Shown here piece by piece: positions 55,135 through 63,988 of a stretch of 64,000 bases of DNA (the stretch's first letter is position 1; the number at the start of each line of letters is the position of its first letter). The position numbers were made by a program, and so were the translations under genes. The DNA is from a virus (Duplodnaviria; Caudoviricetes), in IMG/VR virus record IMGVR_UViG_3300044693_000070, positions 1,978 to 65,977 of that record; one strand, 5' to 3'. Below the pieces are notes generated by a model. That model did not search any database. It had not been told where the DNA came from and saw only the letters and a program-made list of their open reading frames with translations.

Positions 55135-55421
55135 TTCATGATCTCCTTGAATTGCTCCATGTCGTCCAGCACGTAGACTTCGGCGCCGTGCTCGCGCATT
55201 TCCTTGATCCGCACGACCTGAATCGGCGCCAGGCCCGATTCGCCGCGTCCCGGCCGCTTCCACTCGACCCACACGTAGCGGCCGCGCCGCAGGTACAGGC
55301 GATCCGGTACGCCGTTGCAGGTCGGCGTCTCGACCTTGATCGTCCACCAGCCGCGCCGCTGCGCATACTCGTGCGCGTCGCTGGTGTTGTCGCTTTCGAT
55401 GCGCGGGCGATTACTCTTCAT
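55131..55421 (-). CDS. VRR-NUC domain nuclease
   Basis: GVPDRL...VEWKRPG...L---Q---I; start ATG 55421. Confidence 0.88.
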   Translation of the reverse strand: MKSNRPRIESDNTSDAHEYAQRRGWWTIKVETPTCNGVPDRLYLRRGRYVWVEWKRPGRGESGLAPIQVVRIKEMREHGAEVYVLDDMEQFKEIMK

Positions 55422-57603
55422 CGTCGTCCTCTTCTTCCGGCAGTGCTCGCTCGTCCTGGCACGCACGGCACACGCGCATGTCGTCGGGCACGTGGCGCAG
55501 TTCTTCCCACGGCTCGCGCACGACCTTCGCCTGGCGGCCGCACAGCGCCGTCATGGTTTGCAGGTCGATGATGTGCGCGGTCTTCTGCTTCGGCAGCACG
55601 GCCACGCGGTAGCCCTGGCGTCCGGCCAGGCGCGGGTTCTGCACGCTCAGGCCGATGTCGTCCAGGCGCGCATACGCCTCACGCACGTACCAGGCGTAAT
55701 CGATGTCGTCGGGCATTTCGTCGGGCAGGTCCATGCATGGGAATGCGCCCGTCGTGCCCGCGACGCGCTGGCCGTTGGCCTTCTTGATGTATCCGCGCTC
55801 GCCCTCGGCGTAGTACCACCGGACCATCTTGCCCAGGTAGTTGCCGTGCATGTCGTATCCGCCGCCGACCATCTTGCCGTCGATCTTCACGTTGCCGACC
55901 TGCTTGACGCCGATGAACTGCGTGAAGTCCTGGCACGCCCTGATCGTGTCTTCGATGTCGGCGCCGTTCGTCAGGTATTCGACCACGGCAGTCGAGCAAA
56001 TGTCGAACGTCGGATCGTGCTTGGCTTGTAGGCCCGCTTTTGCGAACAGCCCCTTGCGCTTCACCTCGGGCACGAGCGTCCCGGCCTTCTTGTCTTCGAT
56101 CATGGCGATCTCGCCGGGCTTCTTCACGTCTTCGACCAGGGCGATGTAGCTGTTCACGTCGCGCGAGAACACGCCCAGGTAGCGCACAGCTTCGGTCTGG
56201 AACGAGGTCGCGCATTCCCACTCGAACACGATGGCGTTGAACAGCCAGTAGCGATCACGCGGGATCACGGTAACGATGCCGTCCGTGTTCGCAGAGATCA
56301 CGGTGAAGCCGTTCAATTCCAGTTCCTCGATCAGCATCAGCAGCGAAAGCTGTCCGGTGATCGTCGTGGAGATCAGCAGGCGCGGCGAGTACACGACGGC
56401 GTACGGCGATCCGGTCTTGCCGAACGTGCCGTTATTAACGATCTTGAAGGAGTCGGAGCGCTTCTTGTACTTCATCGACTGCTGCATGTCGCCCGCCTTC
56501 TTCAACTTGGCGGCCTTTTCCTTGTAGCTGTCGCGCAGGTTCACGAACTTGCTGAACACGCCCAGGAAGTTCTGGCCCAGCGCGGCCGGGACGTAGCCGC
56601 AGGCGAGCATCAGGCGCGGGTAGTAGGCGCGCACGTCGCGGTCTTCGATAATCGTGTCTTCGTCCGCGCGGTACGAGCGGCGCTTCTCCTTGCTGTGCAG
56701 GCCACCGATGCCCATCTTGTAGTCGGTGAAGCCGATGCGAATCTGGAGTTCCTTGATCTCTTGTGGCAGGCGCACGACGCCGTAGCTGCGCTTCTTCGCG
56801 CCTGGCGGGTCCGGCTCGGCGCTGACGAAGAAGCGGGTCGAGGTGATGACGCGCAGGACGTTTTGCAGCAGCGGCGTTTGAAACTTGATGAACGCGGGCG
56901 GCTCGTACTTGAACGAGAACGTCTTCACGACCGGCTTCTCGACCTTCTGGCCGGTGACGCGCTCGACCTCGAACTTGATGAGCGTTTCCGCGATCTGCGC
57001 GTCCGACTTCGAGCGCACGTCGATGCCGTATTCGGCGCTGATCTCGTTGCGGATTTCGATCTCTTCGCGCAGGTTCAGCACGAGCGAACGCGTCGTGTCC
57101 AGATCATTGCCGAGGTACATGCGCATCAGCGGCCGCCGCTTCTCGCCCACGGCTTCACTCGGGTCGATGGGGAGTTCCTGCAACTTCTTCATGTTCATCC
57201 GCGCGCCGTACTTTTTCAGCGACAGCTTGACGCCGGGCGCCACGTCGAACAGGTCGATGTGATCCAGCCACTCGGGCGGCTTCACGTTGTACTTCTCATA
57301 GAACTGGTACGGCCGCATGCGGTACTGGATCAGGTCATCGCTGGCCTTCTTCAACAGCGCATTGCTCGCACCGGCCATCGCCAGCGCGATCATCGGAATG
57401 TCGTACGTGTTGCCGTTGAACGTGTATATGCGGAAGTTGCGCATGATGCGCGCGATCTTCGGGCGGTCGAGTTCGAGGCCGTCGTACTTTTCGATGATGA
57501 CCTTCTTGCCCGTCTCGATGTTGATGAACCCGATGCTCCAGTAGTCACGATAGCACTCGGTATCGCTGCCCGCTTCCTGCTTCTCTTCGAGGAATTTAAT
57601 CAT
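55411..57603 (-). CDS. family B DNA polymerase with 3'-5' exonuclease
   Basis: Exo DTEC, FNG--YD, YL-ND; pol DV-AYYP, K---NGTFGK, NTDG. Confidence 0.9.
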   Translation of the reverse strand: MIKFLEEKQEAGSDTECYRDYWSIGFINIETGKKVIIEKYDGLELDRPKIARIMRNFRIYTFNGNTYDIPMIALAMAGASNALLKKASDDLIQYRMRPYQFYEKYNVKPPEWLDHIDLFDVAPGVKLSLKKYGARMNMKKLQELPIDPSEAVGEKRRPLMRMYLGNDLDTTRSLVLNLREEIEIRNEISAEYGIDVRSKSDAQIAETLIKFEVERVTGQKVEKPVVKTFSFKYEPPAFIKFQTPLLQNVLRVITSTRFFVSAEPDPPGAKKRSYGVVRLPQEIKELQIRIGFTDYKMGIGGLHSKEKRRSYRADEDTIIEDRDVRAYYPRLMLACGYVPAALGQNFLGVFSKFVNLRDSYKEKAAKLKKAGDMQQSMKYKKRSDSFKIVNNGTFGKTGSPYAVVYSPRLLISTTITGQLSLLMLIEELELNGFTVISANTDGIVTVIPRDRYWLFNAIVFEWECATSFQTEAVRYLGVFSRDVNSYIALVEDVKKPGEIAMIEDKKAGTLVPEVKRKGLFAKAGLQAKHDPTFDICSTAVVEYLTNGADIEDTIRACQDFTQFIGVKQVGNVKIDGKMVGGGYDMHGNYLGKMVRWYYAEGERGYIKKANGQRVAGTTGAFPCMDLPDEMPDDIDYAWYVREAYARLDDIGLSVQNPRLAGRQGYRVAVLPKQKTAHIIDLQTMTALCGRQAKVVREPWEELRHVPDDMRVCRACQDERALPEEEDDDEE

Positions 57604-57623
57604 GTGCTCTTTCAGAACGAAAC

Positions 57624-57652
57624 AACGCCGCAGGTTGTGAGGCTGCGGCGTT
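57624..57652 (-). terminator. hairpin after SSB gene
   Basis: AACGCCGCAG/CTGCGGCGTT 10-bp stem then TTGTTTC. Confidence 0.55.
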
Positions 57653-57672
57653 GCGGGTACTGCATTGAGGTG

Positions 57673-58311
57673 TTACAGGTCGTCTTCGTCGCCGTCACCA
57701 CCGGAGCCTGCGCCCTCGGTTGCAACATCGTCCCATGCATCGGAATCGTCGATACGACCCTGGCCGAACGGGGTGTCGTCCTTCGAGAACATCACGCCAA
57801 CCAGGCCAGCGTTGAGGCGCTTGCCGTGCTTGTTGTTCTGCACCCACGGACGCAGCAGCACGTGACCCCATGCGCCGCCGTAGAACAGTTCCTTGATCTT
57901 TTCGAGGTCTTCGACCGGATCAAGTTTTGCACCAGACTGATCGCGGAGCGTCGGGCGATTCGTCTCGCGGGCGTTGACGAACCAGTGACCGGCGTAGCTG
58001 TTCACGTTCTCGTCATCGTCGTCCGAGGCGTTGGCATCGCCGTCGCGCAGGAACTTCTTGTCGGCCGGGACGCTGATCTTCGCTTCGGCCAGGATGCGCT
58101 TCATTTCTGCGGCGATCACGGTCTTGGCTTCTTCGTGCGTACCCTTCGGCATCATGCCGGTGATGCTGAATTTGGCCTCGCCTGCATCGCCCTCCTTCTT
58201 CCACGCCTTATCGACGTGGGGATAGGAGAAGCGCACGTTATCGACACGGATCATGCCGTTCTCGTACAGGACGAAGTTCTTGCCACGTTTTTTGACTACC
58301 AGTGCGGACAT
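57673..58311 (-). CDS. single-stranded DNA-binding protein (DUF2815/gp2.5-like)
   Basis: VRFSYPH...KFSIT...Y-G-W...GKR-NAGL-GV-F-KD--PFG; acidic tail. Confidence 0.88.
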   Translation of the reverse strand: MSALVVKKRGKNFVLYENGMIRVDNVRFSYPHVDKAWKKEGDAGEAKFSITGMMPKGTHEEAKTVIAAEMKRILAEAKISVPADKKFLRDGDANASDDDDENVNSYAGHWFVNARETNRPTLRDQSGAKLDPVEDLEKIKELFYGGAWGHVLLRPWVQNNKHGKRLNAGLVGVMFSKDDTPFGQGRIDDSDAWDDVATEGAGSGGDGDEDDL

Positions 58312-58361
58312 ACCTAGTTTCCTTCCATTTCAGATTTCACGAATTAACGATCTCACGATTT

Positions 58362-59660
58362 TCACGATTGAACGTCGCTAAAAGCATCGTCATACATGTC
58401 GGCCAGGGCTGGCCTACCATCACGAACCGACGCCAAAGTTGCTTTACCGGGCGGCTTGAACACCAAGTCTTTCAGCAGACCGGGAATGTCCTTGCTCTTG
58501 TACTTCGCCTTTATCAGCAGCTTTTCGACCTCTGCCGGGGATGCCATTTCTTCCTTAATGAGATCATCCCTGTCGAGGCCAAGACCGATCAATACTTCGA
58601 CGGCCTTTTCTTTGTCGCGGAACACCCTGAACGAGCGGCCTTCCACGAGTTTTTGCAGCTTCAATTTCTCGCCTGCCTTCGCACGGTGTTCGAGTTCTTC
58701 GCCTACCGACTTGAAGAACTTCTCGACCGTGCCACGCCAGTCGTACAGCTTTTCCAACTCGTATGTTGTCAGCGTCGCCGCCTCCAACACGTTCGGCGCA
58801 TCCGTGTCGTGCAGCACCTCCTTGAAGTACCGCATTTCCACGTCGGTGACTGGCTTGCCGAGGTCGTCGAAAGCACCTTCGGCCAGGTCGATCACCACCT
58901 TCGCCTTCGCGGCGCACGTCCGCTGGACGCGACACCACTGGCACGATTCGGCGCTCGGCGTGCGCGGCGCATTTTGCTGCCAGGCCGCCGCTGCGCGTTC
59001 ACGCACGTACTCTGCAAAGTTCAGCAGGTACTCACGGTCCACGATCCATTCCTCGAACACGTCGAGGCGCGGCTGCGCGATCCGAATCACGATTTCGCGG
59101 AAGTCGTACAGCCAGTCCCACGCGTAGAAGAACCCGAGGGCGTACAGCAATGCCTGCGTGTTCTCTTTCGCATAGACCCTGACGCCCTTGCCCATCTTGA
59201 GATCGGTGATGACCATGCGCTGATACGTGCATGCGCAGTGGTCGGCCGTTCCGCCCTGGTTCGGGATCGGGGTAAGCTGCGAGAAATCCACTCGCGTTTC
59301 AACGAAGTGATCGCCGGGCAGGTTTTTGCACCAGTCCACGTATCGCTTCACGAAGTCCATCATCACATCGTCAACCGTGATGAAGAACCCGAAGCCCTCA
59401 CCGTCAACCCAATACGTTTTGTTCAGTAAGTGCTTCGGACGCTTCCCTTCTTTCAGCCACGTCTCACCGACCATGTGGGCCACTGTGCCGTAGGCTGCGT
59501 CCTCGCCGGATTCGTCCGGCGCGAACAGGTTTGGGATCAGTGATCCCGCGCAACCGAGCCACATTTTCGAGCCGGACGGGGAGAAGACGGAGTGGCCGCC
59601 TTCTTCCACCAGCCGGATCGCCTCGCGCATTTGCGAGACGGTGAAACGCTGCTCGGTCAC
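58362..59660 (-). CDS. Cas4-like/PD-(D/E)xK exonuclease (DUF2800)
   Basis: SPSGS--W--C-GS, GT-AH, GTAD, DLK-GKGV-V, Q-LLYALG. Confidence 0.88.
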   Translation of the reverse strand: MTEQRFTVSQMREAIRLVEEGGHSVFSPSGSKMWLGCAGSLIPNLFAPDESGEDAAYGTVAHMVGETWLKEGKRPKHLLNKTYWVDGEGFGFFITVDDVMMDFVKRYVDWCKNLPGDHFVETRVDFSQLTPIPNQGGTADHCACTYQRMVITDLKMGKGVRVYAKENTQALLYALGFFYAWDWLYDFREIVIRIAQPRLDVFEEWIVDREYLLNFAEYVRERAAAAWQQNAPRTPSAESCQWCRVQRTCAAKAKVVIDLAEGAFDDLGKPVTDVEMRYFKEVLHDTDAPNVLEAATLTTYELEKLYDWRGTVEKFFKSVGEELEHRAKAGEKLKLQKLVEGRSFRVFRDKEKAVEVLIGLGLDRDDLIKEEMASPAEVEKLLIKAKYKSKDIPGLLKDLVFKPPGKATLASVRDGRPALADMYDDAFSDVQS

Positions 59661-59666
59661 GGACGA

Positions 59667-60047
59667 TTAGATGTCGTCGTCGCCTTCTTCGACGGTTTCG
59701 CCGGCCAGGGCTTTCGTCGCGGCGTCGAACACGGCCTTCACCTTGTCGGCCGGGATTTCCGCCATCTTGGCGACACCAGCGACATCGCTGATGATCTTCT
59801 TGGCGACGGCGGCGCCCTGTTCTTCCTTCACCTTCGACAGCGCGGCCTGCATTTCTTCGACGGTCGGACCTTTCGGCTCGTCCTTCTTCACGTCGGTCTT
59901 CGCGGTGCCGGTCTTGCCGCCCTTGCCTGCTGCCGGTGCCTTCGTTTCAGCGGCGGTTGCGGTCGATGCGGCGCCCGATTCACCCAGGCGTGCGGCGGTG
60001 TTGGCGTTCAGGGCAGCGATCAGGTCAGCAATCAGTTTTTCCAGCAT
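59667..60047 (-). CDS. replication-module protein with helical C-terminal domain (ends GDDDI)
   Basis: LEKLIADL--AL--NT N-terminus, Ala/Lys linker; typical of genes upstream of DUF2800. Confidence 0.8.
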   Translation of the reverse strand: MLEKLIADLIAALNANTAARLGESGAASTATAAETKAPAAGKGGKTGTAKTDVKKDEPKGPTVEEMQAALSKVKEEQGAAVAKKIISDVAGVAKMAEIPADKVKAVFDAATKALAGETVEEGDDDI

Positions 60048-60133
60048 TTTGTGTTACTCCGTTTAAGTGAGGTTGGCGGGACAATTTTGTGCGCTGACGT
60101 ACCGCCGAAATCCGTCAACGCATTTTGCAAAAA

Positions 60134-60523
60134 CTACTCTTTCAGGACACCCGACAGGTCGATGCCTTCACCACCTTCACCGAACAGCGCGAACGCTGCA
60201 TTCGGGTCGGTGGATTGAGCGACTACTAGACCGACGCTGTAGCGTGCTAACTCCACATCGGCGGTGAGAAGCGCAGTTCGATCCGCTTCGCTGATCGCCT
60301 GGTCAAGATCGCCGCGTTGTACAGTGAGGATCAGACCTTGCATCACATCGCACGCATCGAGCAACGATTCACGCTGCCTTGCACCCTGTAACGCGTACCG
60401 CAACATGTGCAGTTTCGTCATCAACAGGGTGATCTGCTTGACCGTCAGTTCAGCGACTTCACGTGGATCGAATTCCACCGATTCGTGTAGCCGATTCGCT
60501 GCGATCAGGTCGTAGTTCTTCAT
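60134..60523 (-). CDS. hypothetical helical protein
   Basis: Start ATG 60523; first gene of the leftward replication operon. Confidence 0.65.
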   Translation of the reverse strand: MKNYDLIAANRLHESVEFDPREVAELTVKQITLLMTKLHMLRYALQGARQRESLLDACDVMQGLILTVQRGDLDQAISEADRTALLTADVELARYSVGLVVAQSTDPNAAFALFGEGGEGIDLSGVLKE

Positions 60524-60562
60524 TCGTTTCGCCCTGTCGTTGTTGGTCAGTGCATGGATTGA

Positions 60563-60608
60563 ATCATCGCATGGATTCTTGCTGCGTGTCAAGCGTTTGT
60601 GGGATAAT
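60563..60608. promoter_or_regulatory. overlapping divergent sigma70-like promoters
   Basis: Minus: TTGACA (60592-60587)-18-GATGAT; plus: TTGCTG (60579)-18-GATAAT (60603). Confidence 0.55.
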
Positions 60609-60656
60609 TCTCACGTCTTTTTGAGATATCTACTTACACAACGAATGGAGGTTATT

Positions 60657-60947
60657 TTGTCGGTCAATTTTCCGGCCTGGGTGAAGGCCAAAGATGGTGA
60701 AGGTACGCTGGAGTCACGACGCCTGCGCTACCTTGTTTTGACAGCCGCGATCAACAGCACACCGAACGGTAGCGTCGCGGCACTGGCGGACCTGTGCGGC
60801 ATCGACCGCCCGCAGGTTCATGCATCAATTCGGGAAGGTCGTTGCTCACCGCAGATGGCGAAGAAGATCGAGGCAGCATGTGGTCGAAAAATCGTACGTC
60901 GTGAGTGGCTGATGTTCCCGCTCGATATCGAAGAACTGACGCAATGA
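60657..60947 (+). CDS. Cro-like HTH regulator
   Basis: SVAALADLCGIDRPQVHASIREG--S---AKKIE; TTG start after GGAGG. Confidence 0.75.
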   Translation: MSVNFPAWVKAKDGEGTLESRRLRYLVLTAAINSTPNGSVAALADLCGIDRPQVHASIREGRCSPQMAKKIEAACGRKIVRREWLMFPLDIEELTQ

Positions 60948-63508
60948 AGAACGAAGAATATACGTCCAAAAATTCAGGCCCGTTGGCCTACCTGGGATCG
61001 CAACTGATAGACAACGCCTACGACATCATCCCGATTGCCGTGGGTAAGAAAGCGCCAGGCTTCGATAACTGGAGTAAGGCCCGCTCGACCAAGCCGCAAC
61101 TGACGGAATGGATCGAGTCGGGCCATCGTCATTCCGGCGTCGGCATCCTGACGAAGCGTACGCCCGCCGTTGACCTCGACATTCGTGACGAGCGGATCGC
61201 GCTCGAAGCCGAGGCGAAGGCGCGCGAGATTTTCGGTGACGCACCGCTGCGCATCGGCATGCCGCCGAAACGCCTGCTCGTGTATCGCACCGACACACCG
61301 TTCCGCAAGATGCGCTCGAACCGCTATCAGGATGAATGGGGCGAACTGCACCAGATCGAAATCCTGTGCGACGGCCAGCAGTTCGTGGCGTACCACATTC
61401 ACCCCGACACCGGCAGGCCGTATTCCTGGCCGAGCGAGAAGATCGACGATGACGGCGACGTGATCGAGGCCGGTGGTCCGCTGTCGATTCCGCAGAACGC
61501 GCTTACAGCGATCACACCCGACCAGTGCCAGGAACTCATCGACTGGTTCCACGAACGCGCGGCGAAAGAGGCCGACTGGAAGCTGGTGAAGAAGCAGCGC
61601 GACAGCAACCTCTCGAACATCGACATCGACGACCCGTTCATCGAAGACACGCAGGCCGTGGACATCAGCGACACGGAATTGCGCTCGCGCCTGATGATGG
61701 TCCCGAACCCCGACGATTACGACACGTGGATTCAGGTCGGCATGGCCCTGTACCACCAGTACGACGGCGAGGAAACCGGCATCGAACTGTGGAAGGAGTG
61801 GAGCGAGACGGCAGACAACTACGATCAGGACGCGCTCGAACGCCGCTGGGACGATTTCGGCATCGACGGCAAGAAGCGTGCGCCGATCACCGCGCGATTC
61901 ATCCTGAAACTGTCGAAGGAAGCTGCGGCGGAAGGCGCGGCCGCGCTCGCGGTCAAGCTGCGCGATATGTTCAACGAGGCGAAGGACATCATCGGCTGGA
62001 ACAAGGCGCGCGACGCGGCACGCGAAGCCGAGATCGACGGCATGACCCGCGCGACGCTCGCCAGTTTGGCGAAGGATCGCATCGACATCATCACTGGCGC
62101 TAAGACCCCGCTTTCCGAGGTGAAGAAGGCCATCGCTTTCGCGCCGTCCAAGGGCGAGAAAATCCCCGGCTGGTGCGAGAATTGGGTCTACGACACGAGC
62201 GATGACCGCTTCTACGACACCGGCCGCAATATCTCGACCACGAAGCAGGGCTTCGACGCGATGTTCGACCGCTACGCGATGACGAAGAAGGACATCTTGG
62301 ACGGCAAAACGTCGCCGTCGAATTCCGCGTCGAACCTGGCGCTGAATCTCTACAAGATCAAGGTCGTGAACGGTCGCCGGTACGAGCCGGGCGCCGATCC
62401 GGTGTTCTATCGCACCGATGGCGTCTTCGCCAACACGTACGCGGCGCACGAGATTCCCGAACTGCCGGAAAAGCTGCTGCCACGCGACAAGGCGGCCATC
62501 AAGCGCGTGAAGAATCACCTGAAACACCTACTCGTGAAGCAGGAAGAACGCCGCATTCTGCTCGATTGGCTGTCGTGGATCGTGCAGAACCCAGGCAAGC
62601 ACGCGAATTGGGCGATCCTGTTGCAAGGCGTCGAGGGCGACGGCAAATCGTTCTTCGGTTTCCTCATGCGTGCGGTGATGGGCGTGTCGAACGTCCAGAT
62701 GCTCAACGCGCACATCCTCGAATCGTCGTTCACCGATTGGGTCGTCGGCCAGTGCCTCACGTGTATCGAGGAAGTCCGCCTCATCAACGCGAACAACAAG
62801 TACGAACTGCTCAACCGGATCAAGCCGTACATCACGAACAACGTGATCGAGGTTCACCCGAAAGGCAAGTCGCAGTACAACGCGGTGAACACCACGTCGT
62901 ATCTGCTGTTCTCGAACTACCGCGACGCGCTGCCGCTGGACGACGACGGCCGCCGTTACTGCGTGCTGTTCAGCCAGTGGCAGCGCAAGGACAAACTCGA
63001 CGCGTTCAAGGCCGAGAACCCGGACTACTACGAGGAACTGTACGAGACGATCCAGACTTCGGCCCCGGCTCTGCGGAAATGGCTGCTGGAGTGGGAGCAA
63101 TCGGAATCGTTCAAGCCGTACGGCGACGCACCGACCACGGAGGCGAAGCGCTTCATGATCCGCCAGGCGCAGCCGCAATTCATTCAGGACGTGCTCGACC
63201 TGATCGAAGACGGCGCCGATCCGCTGATTTCGCTCGAATTGATCGACAGCGGCCGACTGCTGGAAGTGATGCAGGACCGCTTTCTGGATATCCCGGCGAA
63301 CAAGGCCATCGGCTCGATGTTCTCGCGCTACCGCTTCGAGTCGCTTGGAAAAGTGCGAATCGGGGAATCGGTTCACTCGTTTTACTCGCGCGAACCGGAA
63401 AAATTTCAGTCCGTGGATGACGACGGGACGGTTCGCACCGATCCGCAGAAGGTCCGCGATCACGTGAAGCGGGTGAAAGCTGGCGCCGAGGACGACGATG
63501 AACTCTGA
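60944..63508 (+). CDS. primase-helicase (Prim-Pol, PriCT-2-like and SF3/DUF5906 helicase)
   Basis: GKKAP...GVGI...AVDLD; YD-W--VGMAL...W--WS; LLQGVEGDGKS Walker A. Confidence 0.9.
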   Translation: MKNEEYTSKNSGPLAYLGSQLIDNAYDIIPIAVGKKAPGFDNWSKARSTKPQLTEWIESGHRHSGVGILTKRTPAVDLDIRDERIALEAEAKAREIFGDAPLRIGMPPKRLLVYRTDTPFRKMRSNRYQDEWGELHQIEILCDGQQFVAYHIHPDTGRPYSWPSEKIDDDGDVIEAGGPLSIPQNALTAITPDQCQELIDWFHERAAKEADWKLVKKQRDSNLSNIDIDDPFIEDTQAVDISDTELRSRLMMVPNPDDYDTWIQVGMALYHQYDGEETGIELWKEWSETADNYDQDALERRWDDFGIDGKKRAPITARFILKLSKEAAAEGAAALAVKLRDMFNEAKDIIGWNKARDAAREAEIDGMTRATLASLAKDRIDIITGAKTPLSEVKKAIAFAPSKGEKIPGWCENWVYDTSDDRFYDTGRNISTTKQGFDAMFDRYAMTKKDILDGKTSPSNSASNLALNLYKIKVVNGRRYEPGADPVFYRTDGVFANTYAAHEIPELPEKLLPRDKAAIKRVKNHLKHLLVKQEERRILLDWLSWIVQNPGKHANWAILLQGVEGDGKSFFGFLMRAVMGVSNVQMLNAHILESSFTDWVVGQCLTCIEEVRLINANNKYELLNRIKPYITNNVIEVHPKGKSQYNAVNTTSYLLFSNYRDALPLDDDGRRYCVLFSQWQRKDKLDAFKAENPDYYEELYETIQTSAPALRKWLLEWEQSESFKPYGDAPTTEAKRFMIRQAQPQFIQDVLDLIEDGADPLISLELIDSGRLLEVMQDRFLDIPANKAIGSMFSRYRFESLGKVRIGESVHSFYSREPEKFQSVDDDGTVRTDPQKVRDHVKRVKAGAEDDDEL

Positions 63509-63603
63509 TTTTCGTCATCACCTCACGCACGCACACGTGAGATTCTGATCCTGCGGGCGGTTTCGCGGCCGTCCCGCTCCATCTACTCCTAGCCGAGTAT
63601 TCG

Positions 63604-63630
63604 ACCCGCCCTCGTGGCGGGTTTTTTTTT
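63604..63630 (+). terminator. rho-independent terminator
   Basis: ACCCGCC-CTCGT-GGCGGGT then T-run. Confidence 0.85.
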
Positions 63631-63988
63631 CGTCGGCGCTCCCGATGATCCCTATTTCGGCCACTTCGACCACGGCACTGCGCCTGGTTGAAAAAATATC
63701 CGTTCTGCCGACCGACTCGAAAACTGGTGTTATAGGGAACATACAGTACAAAAACGACAACGAAATGCCGATTTTCTGCCCTTTTGTATCTCAATGTTCT
63801 CTATTTCCTTGTTTCTGACTATGCGTAACGAGATAAAAATAAAAAAAATAGGAATAGCAGCTAATAGCGATACCCCCATTTTGGGGAACATTGGGTTACA
63901 AGATGCCGAGCCTGGGGAACAAGTGGCCGGGAAAAACCGTGTCACGACTTGGTGCTATGACGATTTCGATAAATTTTCGGACACCGGG

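Noticed and set aside
58362-59660. Cas4-like nuclease as a sign of CRISPR
   Set aside because: No repeat-spacer array or other cas genes; this is the usual phage DUF2800 exonuclease in a replication operon.
60134-60523. Faint resemblance of the C-terminal half to MazG/PRA-PH pyrophosphatases
   Set aside because: The EExxE and DxxxD metal ligands are missing; left as hypothetical.
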